Counted from the stretch's first letter, positions 9,921-20,068 are shown. The stretch is DNA of 24,000 bases from an uncultured Gammaproteobacteria bacterium (GCA_963751375.1 CAVVUY010000073.1:9883-33882); one strand, 5' to 3'. A program made the numbers and translations. The notes: generated by a model not told the origin, from the letters alone.

Positions 9921-10859
9921 TTATACATTCCGGCCGCGGGCGAGTCGGGTCAGGCAGGCTTCGATGTCGTGACGTGGCCGCCAGCCGAGTTCGCGTTCGG
10001 CGCGCCGCGTGTCCAGAGCCAGCGAGTGGCGCGTGCCCTGTACCCAGCCGGGCTCGCCCACCGTGGGCGTGAGCCACCATAGCAGGCGGTGTACGGCGGC
10101 GGCCGGACCGAGCGACAGCGGCAAGCGCAGCCGGCGTGTGCGGGCGAGCATGTCGTGCAGGCTCATGGCCGGCTGTGCCGCCAGGTTGTAGGCGCCGGCG
10201 GCACGCTGCCTGAGGACAAGGACGACGGCCTCGGCCACGTCGTCTTCCCAGACGCACTGGGTCAGCGCGCGTGAGGTGGGATAGAAAGGCTGGCGCAGCA
10301 CGCGGTTGAGGAAGGGGTGTGCGTGCGGGCCGACGATGGCGTGCGGGCGCAGGCGGGCGACGGCGATGTCGGGGTGCGCCGTTTCGAAGTCGCCAAGCAG
10401 ACGTTCTACGCCGACCTTGTCTTCGGCATAGGCGAAGCCGGGCATGGCGCGCAGTGGGGCGTCTTCGTCAAGCAATGGGGGATTGTCGGGCCAGGCGCCG
10501 TAGACCGCGGCACTGGAGACGAAGACGATCTGGCCCAGACCGTGCCGTGCAGCGGCTTCGAACATGAGCCGGCTGCCCTCGACATTCACGGCGCGGACGG
10601 TCTCGCGGTCGTGGCGCCGCCGGCCCAGGCCACCGCCCATCAGCACGAAGGCCAGGTGCACCAGCGCGTCGGCGCCGGCGCATACGTCGGCCGCTTCAGG
10701 ATCGCGTACGTCCAGGCGGTGATGGACGTAACGAGGATCGGGATAGTCCGCGGCGCGATGATCGATGCCGTGAATAGTTTCGATGCCGGGGTCGGCGAGC
10801 AGGCGCGGGACGAGCACGCGGGCGAGCCGGCCCGCGCTGCCGGTGACGACCAGTTTCAT
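9921..10859 (-). CDS. NAD-dependent epimerase/dehydratase family protein (extended SDR)
   Basis: 312 aa. N-terminal Rossmann motif MKLVVTGSAGRLA. Its ATG directly abuts the upstream stop (TAGATG), suggesting co-translation with the LLM gene. Confidence 0.7.
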   Translation of the reverse strand: MKLVVTGSAGRLARVLVPRLLADPGIETIHGIDHRAADYPDPRYVHHRLDVRDPEAADVCAGADALVHLAFVLMGGGLGRRRHDRETVRAVNVEGSRLMFEAAARHGLGQIVFVSSAAVYGAWPDNPPLLDEDAPLRAMPGFAYAEDKVGVERLLGDFETAHPDIAVARLRPHAIVGPHAHPFLNRVLRQPFYPTSRALTQCVWEDDVAEAVVLVLRQRAAGAYNLAAQPAMSLHDMLARTRRLRLPLSLGPAAAVHRLLWWLTPTVGEPGWVQGTRHSLALDTRRAERELGWRPRHDIEACLTRLARGRNV

Positions 10860-11945
10860 CTAGGGAGTCTCGGCAAAGTCCGGCATGACCTGCTCGGCGA
10901 ACAGGCGCATGCCGGCTTCGGTCTGTTCCTGTGGCATGACGCCGGCGCCGAAAGCGCACAGTACGTGGTCGACACCGGCCTCGCGCAGTTCCTGCAGGCG
11001 GCGTCGGCAATGGGCCGGATCGCCGACGATGGTCATGCCAAGGGTTTCCAGCACGCTCAGGTTGATGGCCTTGCCCATGAGCGTGCCGAGCTTGCCGAAG
11101 CGGCGGTAGTATTCGTAGCCCTCGTAGAGGCGTTCCAGGATCTCGCGCGTCTGCCCCAGCAGATGGCGGTAGAGCCAGACGAAGCTGTCGCGTGCCTCGC
11201 GCCGGGCGGTGCGGTGGTCGGCATGGCAGTGCACGCCCACGGTCATGGCGATGCGCGCGTTCTGCTCCGGCGGTGGCGCACCGCCGCCGTGATGCTGCTG
11301 CCATGCTTCACGGTAGTGACGGATGTCCTCGCGGACCATAAACCAGGGTTTGAATGGTCCGACCAGCACGCCTGCGCCTTCGCGGGCGGCCAGCTCGAAG
11401 CTGTCGGGGCTGACCGCGGCGGCCCAGATGGGCGGGTGCGGCGCCTGCACCACGCGCGGCAGGATGTCGAGCTCACGAAGCTGAAAGTGCTCGCCCTGGA
11501 AGTCGACCCGGCCGCGGGCGAAGGCTTGGCGGATGACGGCCAGCGACTCCGCCGTGTAGCTGCGGCTGTCGCGCATCTGGCGCCCGAAGGCAGCGTATTC
11601 GGTAGGCGAGAAGCCGCGACCGTAGCCGAACTCGATGCGCCCACCGGAGAGCACGTCGAGCGTGGCGACCTGTTCGGCAACCTGCACCGGATGATGGTAG
11701 GGCAGGGGAACGATGGCGTGTCCCAGGCGCAGACGCCGCGTGCGCTGGCTGGCGGCGGCGAGGAACAGCGCGGGCGAACTGCTGTGCGAGTATTCCGGCA
11801 TGAAATGGTGTTCGACCAGCCAGCCGGTGCTGAAGCCGAGCGTTTCGGCGAGCGCCCATTGGTCGAGGGTGGCCGAGAAAACCTCGGCTTCGCTGCGTCC
11901 GGCGAAGGCCGGTACGGAAAGTTCGTTGAAGAGGTCGAAGCGCAT
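10860..11945 (-). CDS. LLM-class (luciferase-like) flavin-dependent oxidoreductase
   Basis: 361 aa from MRFDLFNELSVP. TGWLVEHHF, LGHAIVPLPYHHPVQVAEQVATLDVLSGGRIEFGYGRG and similar motifs are typical of the bacterial luciferase-like family. The track ORF 10860..12614 carries a spurious N-terminal extension. Confidence 0.75.
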   Translation of the reverse strand: MRFDLFNELSVPAFAGRSEAEVFSATLDQWALAETLGFSTGWLVEHHFMPEYSHSSSPALFLAAASQRTRRLRLGHAIVPLPYHHPVQVAEQVATLDVLSGGRIEFGYGRGFSPTEYAAFGRQMRDSRSYTAESLAVIRQAFARGRVDFQGEHFQLRELDILPRVVQAPHPPIWAAAVSPDSFELAAREGAGVLVGPFKPWFMVREDIRHYREAWQQHHGGGAPPPEQNARIAMTVGVHCHADHRTARREARDSFVWLYRHLLGQTREILERLYEGYEYYRRFGKLGTLMGKAINLSVLETLGMTIVGDPAHCRRRLQELREAGVDHVLCAFGAGVMPQEQTEAGMRLFAEQVMPDFAETP

Positions 11946-12052
11946 CGCGGGTGGCAGTGTACTACGTCGCCGATGCAGGTACATTCGGCGCATGGCGGAC
12001 AATCCGCGGCCTGACGGAGCGGGTGAATGACGAATGGCGGGAATGGCGAGTG

Positions 12053-12610
12053 ATGATGGCCGACGGAATTCGAATCGACATCGGCGTCTGGGGCTGGGCG
12101 AGCCAGTGCTGGTGTCGCGAGTACTACCCGGAAGACATGCCGGAAGAATGGCGCGCGACCTATTACGCCAATGAATTTCGCTGCGCCGGCCTGCCGGCCG
12201 ATGCTTGGTCTGTGCCGCAGTTGGAAGCCTGGCGTGAGGACTTGCCGGCAAGCTTCGCGTTGTGGCTGGAGTGCGGCCAGACGCAGCTGGCAGATTCGGC
12301 GACGACGCCGGCGATGATCGCCCTTGGTGAACGACTGGCAGGCGTCTGGCTGCTTGAGGACGCGAATGCCGGGCCGTTGCGGGAGGCCGGCATACACGTG
12401 ATCGATGCGCCATGGGACGCTGAGGAAGGGAGGGGCGAGGCCTCTGCCGGGCTGTATCGCCTCGGCGCGACACTCGATCTGCGCGCGGCGCGCGGGGTTC
12501 TGGAAGCGTTCGCTGTCGCCCCCGGTCCGCAGCGCAGGCAGTTGCTGGTCGAGGGCTCGCCCGTGCAGCTTGCGCAGTTGCGCGAGCTCGGGGAGCTGCT
12601 GGGACTCTAA
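12053..12610 (+). CDS. Hypothetical protein with DUF72 (YecE/UPF0759)-like motifs, shorter than typical family members
   Basis: From MMADGIRIDIGVWGWASQCWCREYYPEDMPEEWRATYYANEF. This resembles the DUF72 N-terminal pattern IxIGTSGWxYxxWxGxFYPxxLPxxxWLxYYAxxF. Later EAWREDLPASFALWLE parallels the W..xxPxxFxFxxK motif. The start (12053 or 12056) is inferred. Assignment is by eye only. Confidence 0.4.
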   Translation: MMADGIRIDIGVWGWASQCWCREYYPEDMPEEWRATYYANEFRCAGLPADAWSVPQLEAWREDLPASFALWLECGQTQLADSATTPAMIALGERLAGVWLLEDANAGPLREAGIHVIDAPWDAEEGRGEASAGLYRLGATLDLRAARGVLEAFAVAPGPQRRQLLVEGSPVQLAQLRELGELLGL

Positions 12611-12658
12611 ACAAGCCAGGGAAAGTGGCGCTGCGCCTCCGTTGCCGACGGGCGACGG

Positions 12659-12687
12659 TTGACAGCGAGCGGGTCTTGCCGAAGACT
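12659..12687 (+). promoter_or_regulatory. Candidate promoter for the mla operon (perfect TTGACA, 17 nt spacer, weak AAGACT)
   Basis: ggTTGACAgcgagcgggtcttgccgAAGACTtcc, about 30 nt upstream of the mlaF ATG. The -35 is perfect and the -10 is poor. Confidence 0.25.
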
Positions 12688-12717
12688 TCCGATCCTCCAC
12701 GCCATTCTCAGCATGAC

Positions 12718-13527
12718 ATGCCCGTTGACTCTACATCCCTGGTCCGGATCGAGGATCTGAGCTTTCGCCGTGGCGATCGCGTGATTTTCGATGGCTTGAA
12801 CGTGGTTGTGCCGCACGGCAAAGTGACCGCGATCATGGGCCCCAGCGGGACCGGCAAGACCACGCTGCTCAAACTGATTGGTGGACAGCTGCGTCCGTCC
12901 GGCGGACGCATCCTGGTCGACGGCGAGGATGTACACCGTTTGTCCTCGACCGCGCTCTACCGGCTGCGCCAGCGCATGGGCATGCTGTTCCAGAGCGGGG
13001 CGCTGCTGACCGACCTCGACGTGTTCGAGAACGTGGCGTTCCCGCTGCGCGAGAACACGCGTCTGCCCGAAGGGGTGTTGCGCAGTCTGGTGCTCATGAA
13101 GCTGCAGGCCGTCGGGCTGCGCGGGGCGCGCCGGTTGATGCCGAGCGAGCTTTCCGGCGGTATGGCCAGGCGCGTTGCGCTGGCGCGCGCGATCGCCATG
13201 GACCCGATGATGATCATGTACGACGAACCGTTCACCGGCCTCGATCCGATCACTTTGGGTACTATCGTGACGCTGATCAAGCGCCTCAACGACGGCCTCG
13301 GACTGAGCAGCATCGTGGTATCCCACGATGTGTCCGAAACGATGGGTATCGCCGATCTGGTCTATGTGATTTCCGGCGGCAAAGTGGTGGCCGAGGGCGC
13401 GCCCGCTGAGTTGCGCGACAATGCTTCGCCCTGGGTGCGCCAGTTCCTGGACGGGGACGCCGACGGGCCGGTGCCATTTCACTATCCGGCGGCCGACTAC
13501 GCCGACGACCTGCTGGGGAGCGCATGA
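12718..13527 (+). CDS. mlaF: Phospholipid ABC transporter ATP-binding protein MlaF
   Basis: 269 aa from [16 protein letters not shown]. Walker [10 protein letters not shown] at the same offset as E. coli MlaF, and signature [18 protein letters not shown] overlap with mlaE. Confidence 0.9.
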   Translation: MPVDSTSLVRIEDLSFRRGDRVIFDGLNVVVPHGKVTAIMGPSGTGKTTLLKLIGGQLRPSGGRILVDGEDVHRLSSTALYRLRQRMGMLFQSGALLTDLDVFENVAFPLRENTRLPEGVLRSLVLMKLQAVGLRGARRLMPSELSGGMARRVALARAIAMDPMMIMYDEPFTGLDPITLGTIVTLIKRLNDGLGLSSIVVSHDVSETMGIADLVYVISGGKVVAEGAPAELRDNASPWVRQFLDGDADGPVPFHYPAADYADDLLGSA

Positions 13528-14312
13528 ACATCTTGGACGGTCTCCAGGCGCTGGGGCGTTGGGCTCTGGACAGTTTTGGCCGGCTCGGCCGCGGCGGGCA
13601 GTTCTTCGTGCGTGTGCTGGGAGGCTTGGGGATGTCCTTGCGCCGCCCGGGTCTGGTGGTGCGCGAATTGTATTCGGTAGGCGTGCTGTCGCTGCTGATC
13701 GTCGCGGTATCCGGCCTATTCGTGGGCATGGTGCTGGGCCTGCAGGGATACACTACGCTGGTCAAGTTCAATGCGGTCAGCTCGCTCGGCGTGGTGGTGG
13801 CATTGTCGCTGGTGCGCGAACTCGGGCCGGTGCTGACCGCGCTGTTGTTCGCAGGCCGTGCCGGTTCGGCGCTGACTGCCGAGATCGGGCTGATGAAGGC
13901 GACCGAGCAGCTTTCGGCGATGGAAATGATGGCCGTCGATCCGTTTCGTCGTGTGATCGGCCCGCGTTTCCTGGCCGCTATCATTTCAGTGCCGCTGCTG
14001 GCCGCAATCTTCAACGCGGTGGGCGTGTTCGGCGGTTATCTGGTTGGCGTGAAGATGCTCGGTGTCGACGACGGCACTTTCTGGTCGGCCATGCAGAGCA
14101 GCGTCAGCCTGCGTGATGACGTGCTCAACGGCGTGATCAAGAGCGTGGTTTTCGGGCTGGTGGCGGCGTTGATCGCCGTGTTCGAAGGATACGATGCGGT
14201 GCCGACGGCGGCAGGCGTGAGCCGGGCGACGACGCGCACCGTGGTTAATACGTCGCTGGCCGTGCTTGGGCTGGATTTCGTGATGACCGCGCTGATGTTC
14301 AGCGGCGGTTAA
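13524..14312 (+). CDS. mlaE: Phospholipid ABC transporter permease MlaE
   Basis: 262 aa polytopic membrane protein. [45 protein letters not shown] is the conserved MlaE/Ttg2B core. Confidence 0.9.
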   Translation: MNILDGLQALGRWALDSFGRLGRGGQFFVRVLGGLGMSLRRPGLVVRELYSVGVLSLLIVAVSGLFVGMVLGLQGYTTLVKFNAVSSLGVVVALSLVRELGPVLTALLFAGRAGSALTAEIGLMKATEQLSAMEMMAVDPFRRVIGPRFLAAIISVPLLAAIFNAVGVFGGYLVGVKMLGVDDGTFWSAMQSSVSLRDDVLNGVIKSVVFGLVAALIAVFEGYDAVPTAAGVSRATTRTVVNTSLAVLGLDFVMTALMFSGG

Positions 14313-14398
14313 TGGTCGGCGGCGATAAACTGTCCATGTATGCAGCGTGACTGCGGAGTGGACGCGTACTTTATTCAATTACCCGCGGTGGGGAGCCA

Positions 14399-14860
14399 AT
14401 GATGAGCTCGCGTTCAGTGGAGATTCTGGTCGGTCTGTTCGTGGCCGTCGGAGTAGCCGCCCTTCTGGTGTTGGCGCTCAAGGTCAGCAATGTCAGCAGT
14501 CTGGAGGGTAACAACGGCTATGCCGTCTACGCCTATTTCAATGACATCGGCGGGCTCAAGGTGCGCGCGCCGGTGACGGCGGCCGGTGTCACGATCGGAC
14601 GGGTGACCGCTATCGACTACGACAAGAAGAATTTCGAGGCCAAGGTGACGATGGACATCAAGTCGCAATACAGCGATTTCCCGGTGGACTCCTCGGTGAG
14701 CATCTACACCGCGGGGCTGCTCGGCGAGCAGTACATCGCGTTGTCGCCGGGATCGTCCATGCAGAATCTGAAGAACGGAGATCGGATCCGATACACCCAG
14801 TCGGCCGTGGTGCTGGAGAAAATCATCAGTCAGCTCATGGTCAAGTTCACTTCGAAGTAG
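14399..14860 (+). CDS. mlaD: Outer membrane lipid asymmetry maintenance protein MlaD (MCE domain)
   Basis: 153 aa. N-terminal transmembrane anchor plus an MCE domain (GGLKVRAPVTAAGVTIGRVTAIDYD). GGGGAG SD upstream. Confidence 0.9.
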   Translation: MMSSRSVEILVGLFVAVGVAALLVLALKVSNVSSLEGNNGYAVYAYFNDIGGLKVRAPVTAAGVTIGRVTAIDYDKKNFEAKVTMDIKSQYSDFPVDSSVSIYTAGLLGEQYIALSPGSSMQNLKNGDRIRYTQSAVVLEKIISQLMVKFTSK

Positions 14861-14896
14861 CTGGGCTTGTGTGGGTTGCGCTGAAGGAGTAGCGAG

Positions 14897-15553
14897 ATGA
14901 TGAAGTGGTTTAGAACTTGGATGGTGGCCTTGCTGTTGCTCCCGGCGGCGCACGCGGCTTGGGCGACTCAGGACGCCGCGGCGGTGCAGGCGGCTCAGGA
15001 CGTCGTCAAGCAGGCGGCGAGCCAGGCGTTGGATGCGCTGCACAGCCAGCCCAAATCCGAATTGACCAAACCAGCGGTGGTTCACAAGCTGGTTTCTCAG
15101 TACATCCTGCCTGTGGTGGATATTCAGTCCTCGGCTCGCTTGGTGCTGGGCCATTACTGGCGCACCGCGACGCCGGCACAGCGCAGCGCTTTCGTCGAGC
15201 AGTTCAAGGAGTTGCTGGTCCGTACCTACAGCAAATCCCTCAGCCAGTATCCGGACTCCAAGATTCAGTATCTGAACAATCGCGATACCTCGGACGGCCG
15301 TTTCGCGACGGTGCATACCCGGGTGATGCCGCCGGGGCACGAGCCGATTACGGTGGACTACAGCCTGTTCAAGACCAACAGCGGCTGGAAGATCTACGAC
15401 CTGACCATTTCCGGGTTGAGTCTGGTGCAGAGCTACCGCAGCACCTTTTCAGAAGAAATCCAGCAGACCAGCCTGGATGCGCTGATCAAACGCCTGACTC
15501 AGCAGAATCAGATGCAGGGCAATGCTCCGTCTCCGAGTAAGACGGGATCGTGA
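14897..15553 (+). CDS. mlaC: Phospholipid-binding periplasmic protein MlaC (Ttg2D family)
   Basis: 218 aa. Signal peptide (MVALLLLPAAHAAWA) and Ttg2D-like motifs (ARLVLGHYWRTATPAQRSAFVEQFKELLVRTYS). Operon position fits. Confidence 0.85.
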   Translation: MMKWFRTWMVALLLLPAAHAAWATQDAAAVQAAQDVVKQAASQALDALHSQPKSELTKPAVVHKLVSQYILPVVDIQSSARLVLGHYWRTATPAQRSAFVEQFKELLVRTYSKSLSQYPDSKIQYLNNRDTSDGRFATVHTRVMPPGHEPITVDYSLFKTNSGWKIYDLTISGLSLVQSYRSTFSEEIQQTSLDALIKRLTQQNQMQGNAPSPSKTGS

Positions 15554-15861
15554 GCGCCGTGCTGAGCACCCTGGATGCTGGCCGCTACGCTCTCGAGGGC
15601 GAGGTCACGGCGGAAACCGTGCCGACCTTGTGGCCGCAGATCGTGGCGGTGGCCGCCAAGGGTGGTGCGGTGCAGGTTTCCTGCGCCGGGATCACCCGGG
15701 CCGACAGTGCTGCGGTGGCATGCCTGGTGGAGTGGGTACGCGTGGCGCGTGGCGTTGGCGGGAGCTTGCAGGTATGCGATCTGCCCGAGGTGATGAAGGT
15801 CATCATGGAGGTCAGCGATCTCGACGGCATCCTGACCGGAGCGGCTGCTACTCCGGTATGA
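15550..15861 (+). CDS. mlaB: STAS-domain protein MlaB
   Basis: 103 aa. GTG start overlapping the mlaC stop (GTGA). Anti-sigma-antagonist-like fold pattern, and position after mlaC. Confidence 0.75.
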   Translation: MSAVLSTLDAGRYALEGEVTAETVPTLWPQIVAVAAKGGAVQVSCAGITRADSAAVACLVEWVRVARGVGGSLQVCDLPEVMKVIMEVSDLDGILTGAAATPV

Positions 15862-15867
15862 ATGTTC

Positions 15868-15940
15868 CGCGCATGCTTACGGCCGACGAGCGCTTGCGAG
15901 GCGACGCCGGCGCGGCGATCGTTTATCATGCGCGCTTTTT
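15868..15940 (+). terminator. Possible long-hairpin terminator/attenuator between mlaB and murA
   Basis: CGCGCATG (15868-15875) pairs with CATGCGCG (15927-15934), enclosing a ~51 nt GC-rich insert, followed by C+TTTTT (15936-15940). The loop is unusually large, so the call is weak. Confidence 0.3.
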
Positions 15941-15942
15941 GA

Positions 15943-17235
<1,293 letters not shown>

Positions 17236-17239
17236 GACA

Positions 17240-17884
17240 GTGAATGAGCAGACGCTGACCATCGCGCTGTCCAAGGGCCGTATCTTCAAGGATACCGTGC
17301 CGCTGTTGGCCGATGCCGGCATCGTGCCGGCGGAGGATCCGGAAACCAGCCGCAAGCTGATTCTGGAAACCAACGATCCGGGCGTGCGCCTGCTCATCAT
17401 CCGTGCCACCGATGTGCCGACCTATGTCCAGCATGGTGCCGCCGATCTCGGCGTGGCAGGCAAGGATGTGCTCATGGAGCACGGCGGCGAAGGTATCTAC
17501 GAGCCGCTGGATCTGCGCATCGCGCGCTGCAGCCTGATGGTCGCCGGTCCCACGGGGGGGCGAGCCGAATCGCGCCGACGCTTGCGCGTGGCGACCAAGT
17601 TCGTGGACAGCGCCCGGGCGCATTTCGCCGCGCAGGGTCGGCAGGTCGAGATCATCAAGCTGTACGGCTCCATGGAACTGGCTCCGCTGGTCGGCCTGGC
17701 CGACTGCATCGTCGATCTGGTCGATACCGGCAACACGCTTCGCGCCAACGGCCTGGAGCCGTGGGAACCGATCGCCGACATCAGTTCGCGGCTGATCGTC
17801 AATAAGGCGTCCATGAAAATGAAGCATCAGCGTGTGCAGAAGCTGATTGGGCAGTTGCGTGATGCGGTGGATGCGCGTCGCTGA
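17240..17884 (+). CDS. hisG: ATP phosphoribosyltransferase, short form (HisG-S)
   Basis: 214 aa. GTG start 4 nt after the murA stop. [34 protein letters not shown] and [14 protein letters not shown] motifs. The short form lacks the C-terminal regulatory domain and normally works with HisZ (not in window). Confidence 0.9.
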   Translation: MNEQTLTIALSKGRIFKDTVPLLADAGIVPAEDPETSRKLILETNDPGVRLLIIRATDVPTYVQHGAADLGVAGKDVLMEHGGEGIYEPLDLRIARCSLMVAGPTGGRAESRRRLRVATKFVDSARAHFAAQGRQVEIIKLYGSMELAPLVGLADCIVDLVDTGNTLRANGLEPWEPIADISSRLIVNKASMKMKHQRVQKLIGQLRDAVDARR

Positions 17885-17913
17885 AGTTTTGTTTTTGGAA
17901 CTTGAGTGATTAG

Positions 17914-18335
17914 TTGGTGGCGTTTGCGGTTCTGGAGTCGGCGTTTTTCTCCATTTGCTAACCCTCGGGGCTCGTTTCGGGCGCGAATCGGCGTTTGCGG
18001 TTTTGATCCTGCGTGTGAGAAAGCGGCGTATTTGCTGGCCGTGCCGGTCTGTTTCGGACGCGATTCGACGTTTGGGGCTCAGATCAATCGAGGTGACGCG
18101 CCCGAGCCGGTTTCTTTGAGTGCGCAAAGAAACCGGCGAAAGAAACGCACCCAAAGGATCCTTGTCCCTGACGGGCAAACCTCGAGCGCACGCCTGCACG
18201 GGGCACCGCAGGCACTCGCCGTCCGGGCGAAAGCCTGCTCGGGCGGCGTCCCTGCCGCCCGACCCCGCGCCGGGGCGCACGCGCGAGGCAAGGCCAACGG
18301 GAAGCAACGTCAAAATAGAACGCGTCCGAAAGTCT
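17914..18335 (+). repeat. Left arm of a ~0.93 kb imperfect palindrome (non-coding, hairpin-rich unit)
   Basis: The reverse complement of 18345-18840 aligns along its length. The core 18092-18291 versus 18413-18611 shows about 25 differences in 200 nt by hand alignment; the outer part is looser (~2/3 identity). The outer part contains a loose 71/77-bp direct repeat (17919-17989 and 17990-18066). Confidence 0.8.
18106..18137. other. 13-bp perfect hairpin inside the left arm (GCCGGTTTCTTTG / AGTGCG / CAAAGAAACCGGC)
   Basis: Directly readable. The equivalent hairpin in the right arm is 18568-18593 (CCTTTCTTTG / GGCGTG / CAAAGAAAGG), with a GG:CC to CC:GG swap that preserves pairing. Confidence 0.7.
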
Positions 18336-18344
18336 GAATTTTCT

Positions 18345-18840
18345 GAATTGGCTAAGTCGGAGCTCACACGGTGTCGGATCGCTTTGTTTTGACTTGCGAG
18401 TCCCCGTTAGCGCTTGCCTCGAGCGTGCGCCTGGCGCGGGGACGGGCGGCAGGGAAGCCGCCCGAGCAGGCTTTGCCAGGATGGCAAGTGCCTGCGGTGC
18501 CCCGGGCGGGTGTGCGCTCGAGGTTTGCCCGTCAGGGACAAGGACCTTTCGGGTGCCTTTCTTTCGCCCTTTCTTTGGGCGTGCAAAGAAAGGTGGCTCG
18601 GGCGCGTCACCGATTCAGAGCGAATCCCCATGCATCGAATCGCGCCCGAAACAGATATCCAAGGCCAGCAAGTACGTCGACTTCATTCGCGCTAGATAAA
18701 AACCCAGGAACGTTGATCCGCGTTCGAAACGAACCTCAAACGTGGAACAATCATGGAGCCTCAAGGCGCCTCCGATGCAGGCCTTGGTGTGGACAAGCTC
18801 AACGTGTCCGCCACACCAACCAGACGGCAAACGCACAATA
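18345..18840 (-). repeat. Right arm of the imperfect palindrome (inverted copy, ~50 nt longer)
   Basis: See left arm. The centre (18333-18349) is a tandem TCTGAATT-T-TCTGAATT in an AT-richer spacer. Confidence 0.8.
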
Positions 18841-18915
18841 GAAGCTGCCAATAACCACCATTGCACTCCACGTGCGCTAAAATCGCCCGGTTCGTGTTAA
18901 TCTTGAGCCCAACTC

Positions 18916-18955
18916 CAAACCCTGCCGCGGCGGGTTTGTCCCGCAGCCGAGCGGG
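18916..18955 (+). promoter_or_regulatory. Two adjacent GC-rich hairpins in the aroG 5' leader (function unknown)
   Basis: CAAACCC(T)GCCG|CGGCGGGTTTG near-perfect palindrome (18916-18938), then CCCGC-agccga-GCGGG (18940-18955). They lie 28-67 nt upstream of the aroG ATG. No U-run follows. Confidence 0.3.
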
Positions 18956-18982
18956 GCGACTCCCGGGCGCGCTCCGGACAAC

Positions 18983-20068
18983 ATGCGTTACCAGACAGAA
19001 GACCTCCGCATCCAATCCATCCGTGAGGTGAGCACCCCGGCCACGGTTTGCGAAGAACTGCCGCTGACCGAAGATGCCGCGCGTCTGGTCCATGAAACTC
19101 GTCATGCGATTCATGACGTGCTCACCGGCGCGAGCGATCGCCTGGTGGTCATTGCCGGACCTTGCTCGATCCACGATCCGGTCGCGGCGATCGACTACAG
19201 TCAGCGTCTGCTGCGACTGCGCGAAGCACTGGCCGACGAGTTGGTCATCATCATGCGCGTGTATTTCGAAAAACCGCGCACCACGGTCGGCTGGAAGGGC
19301 TTGATCAACGATCCGGGCCTGGACGAAAGCTTCCAGATCGACCGCGGTCTGCGGGCGGCCCGGCGCCTGCTGCTCGAGTTGGCCGAGTCCGGCATGCCGG
19401 CGGCGACCGAATACCTCGATATCATCAGCCCGCAGTACATTTCAGATCTGGTGAGCTGGGGCGCCATCGGCGCACGCACCACCGAGAGCCAGGTGCACCG
19501 CGAGCTGGCGTCCGGCCTGTCCTGTCCGGTCGGTTTCAAGAACGGTACCGACGGCAGCATCCAGATCGCGATCGATGCCATTCGCTCGGCTTCGCAGCCG
19601 CATCATTTCCTCTCGTTGACCAAAGCGGGACGTTCGGCCATTTACATCACTGCCGGCAACCCGGATTGCCACGTGATCCTGCGCGGTGGAAATGCTGGCC
19701 CCAATTACGATGCCGGCAGCGTACAGGCGGCTGTGGACGGTCTGTCCAAGTCAGGACTCGAACCTCGCTTGATGGTCGACTGCAGCCACGCCAACAGCCG
19801 CAAGCAGCCCTCGCGGCAGATCGAGGTCGCGCGCGAGGTGGGCGCGCAGATCGCCGGCGGCAGCGACGCGGTGATGGGCGTCATGCTCGAGAGCCATCTG
19901 GTCGAGGGGCGGCAGGACGTAGTGCCCGGCGAGCCGCTGACCTACGGACAAAGCATTACCGACGCCTGTATCGCCTGGGACGACACCGAGGTTCTGCTGC
20001 TGGAACTGGCGCAGGCGGTACGCGCGCGCCGTGCGGCGCACAGCCTGCACGAGCAGCAGACCGGCTGA
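18983..20068 (+). CDS. aroG: 3-deoxy-7-phosphoheptulonate (DAHP) synthase, class I-alpha (AroG/F/H type; feedback specificity not determinable)
   Basis: 361 aa, collinear with E. coli AroG as I recall it. [72 protein letters not shown] and [13 protein letters not shown] motifs. Confidence 0.9.
   Translation: MRYQTEDLRIQSIREVSTPATVCEELPLTEDAARLVHETRHAIHDVLTGASDRLVVIAGPCSIHDPVAAIDYSQRLLRLREALADELVIIMRVYFEKPRTTVGWKGLINDPGLDESFQIDRGLRAARRLLLELAESGMPAATEYLDIISPQYISDLVSWGAIGARTTESQVHRELASGLSCPVGFKNGTDGSIQIAIDAIRSASQPHHFLSLTKAGRSAIYITAGNPDCHVILRGGNAGPNYDAGSVQAAVDGLSKSGLEPRLMVDCSHANSRKQPSRQIEVAREVGAQIAGGSDAVMGVMLESHLVEGRQDVVPGEPLTYGQSITDACIAWDDTEVLLLELAQAVRARRAAHSLHEQQTG

Noticed and set aside
10317-12014. 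Very long ORFs on the opposite strand or in alternative frames of real genes. Examples: 10317..12014 +, 15985..17409 -, 19956..21434 -, 21257..22564 -, 4117..5115 +, 7881..8906 +, 17072..18367 -, 11243..12700 -, 7016..7660 -.
   Set aside because: Their translations are Arg/Ala/Gly/Pro-rich low-complexity strings with no recognisable motifs. Each overlaps a gene with a clear family signature on the other strand or frame. This is the typical stop-codon depletion of high-GC DNA.
17886-17898. T-rich run (GTTTTGTTTTTGG) right after the hisG stop, considered as an intrinsic terminator.
   Set aside because: I could not find a convincing GC-rich stem immediately upstream; only weak pairings with mismatches.
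18092-18611. Whether the palindrome is a CRISPR array, an integron attC site, a group II intron domain V or a retron msr/msd.
   Set aside because: There are no short regularly spaced direct repeats. There are no RYYYAAC/GTTRRRY attC core sites. The GAGCC-led hairpin lacks the domain V bulge and GNRA loop, and its 5' bases are not conserved between arms. No reverse transcriptase, integrase or cas gene is nearby.
18079-18699. ORFs inside the palindrome arms: 18079..18297 - (72 aa), 18394..18699 + (101 aa), 17906..18337 +, 18371..18841 +.
   Set aside because: The two arm ORFs are similar only because the DNA is repeated. Indels shift the reading frame between copies (..RAAGTPPEQAFAR.. versus ..GGREAARAGFAR..). 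Substitutions cluster as stem-compensating pairs, not at third codon positions. There is no SD and no known motif.
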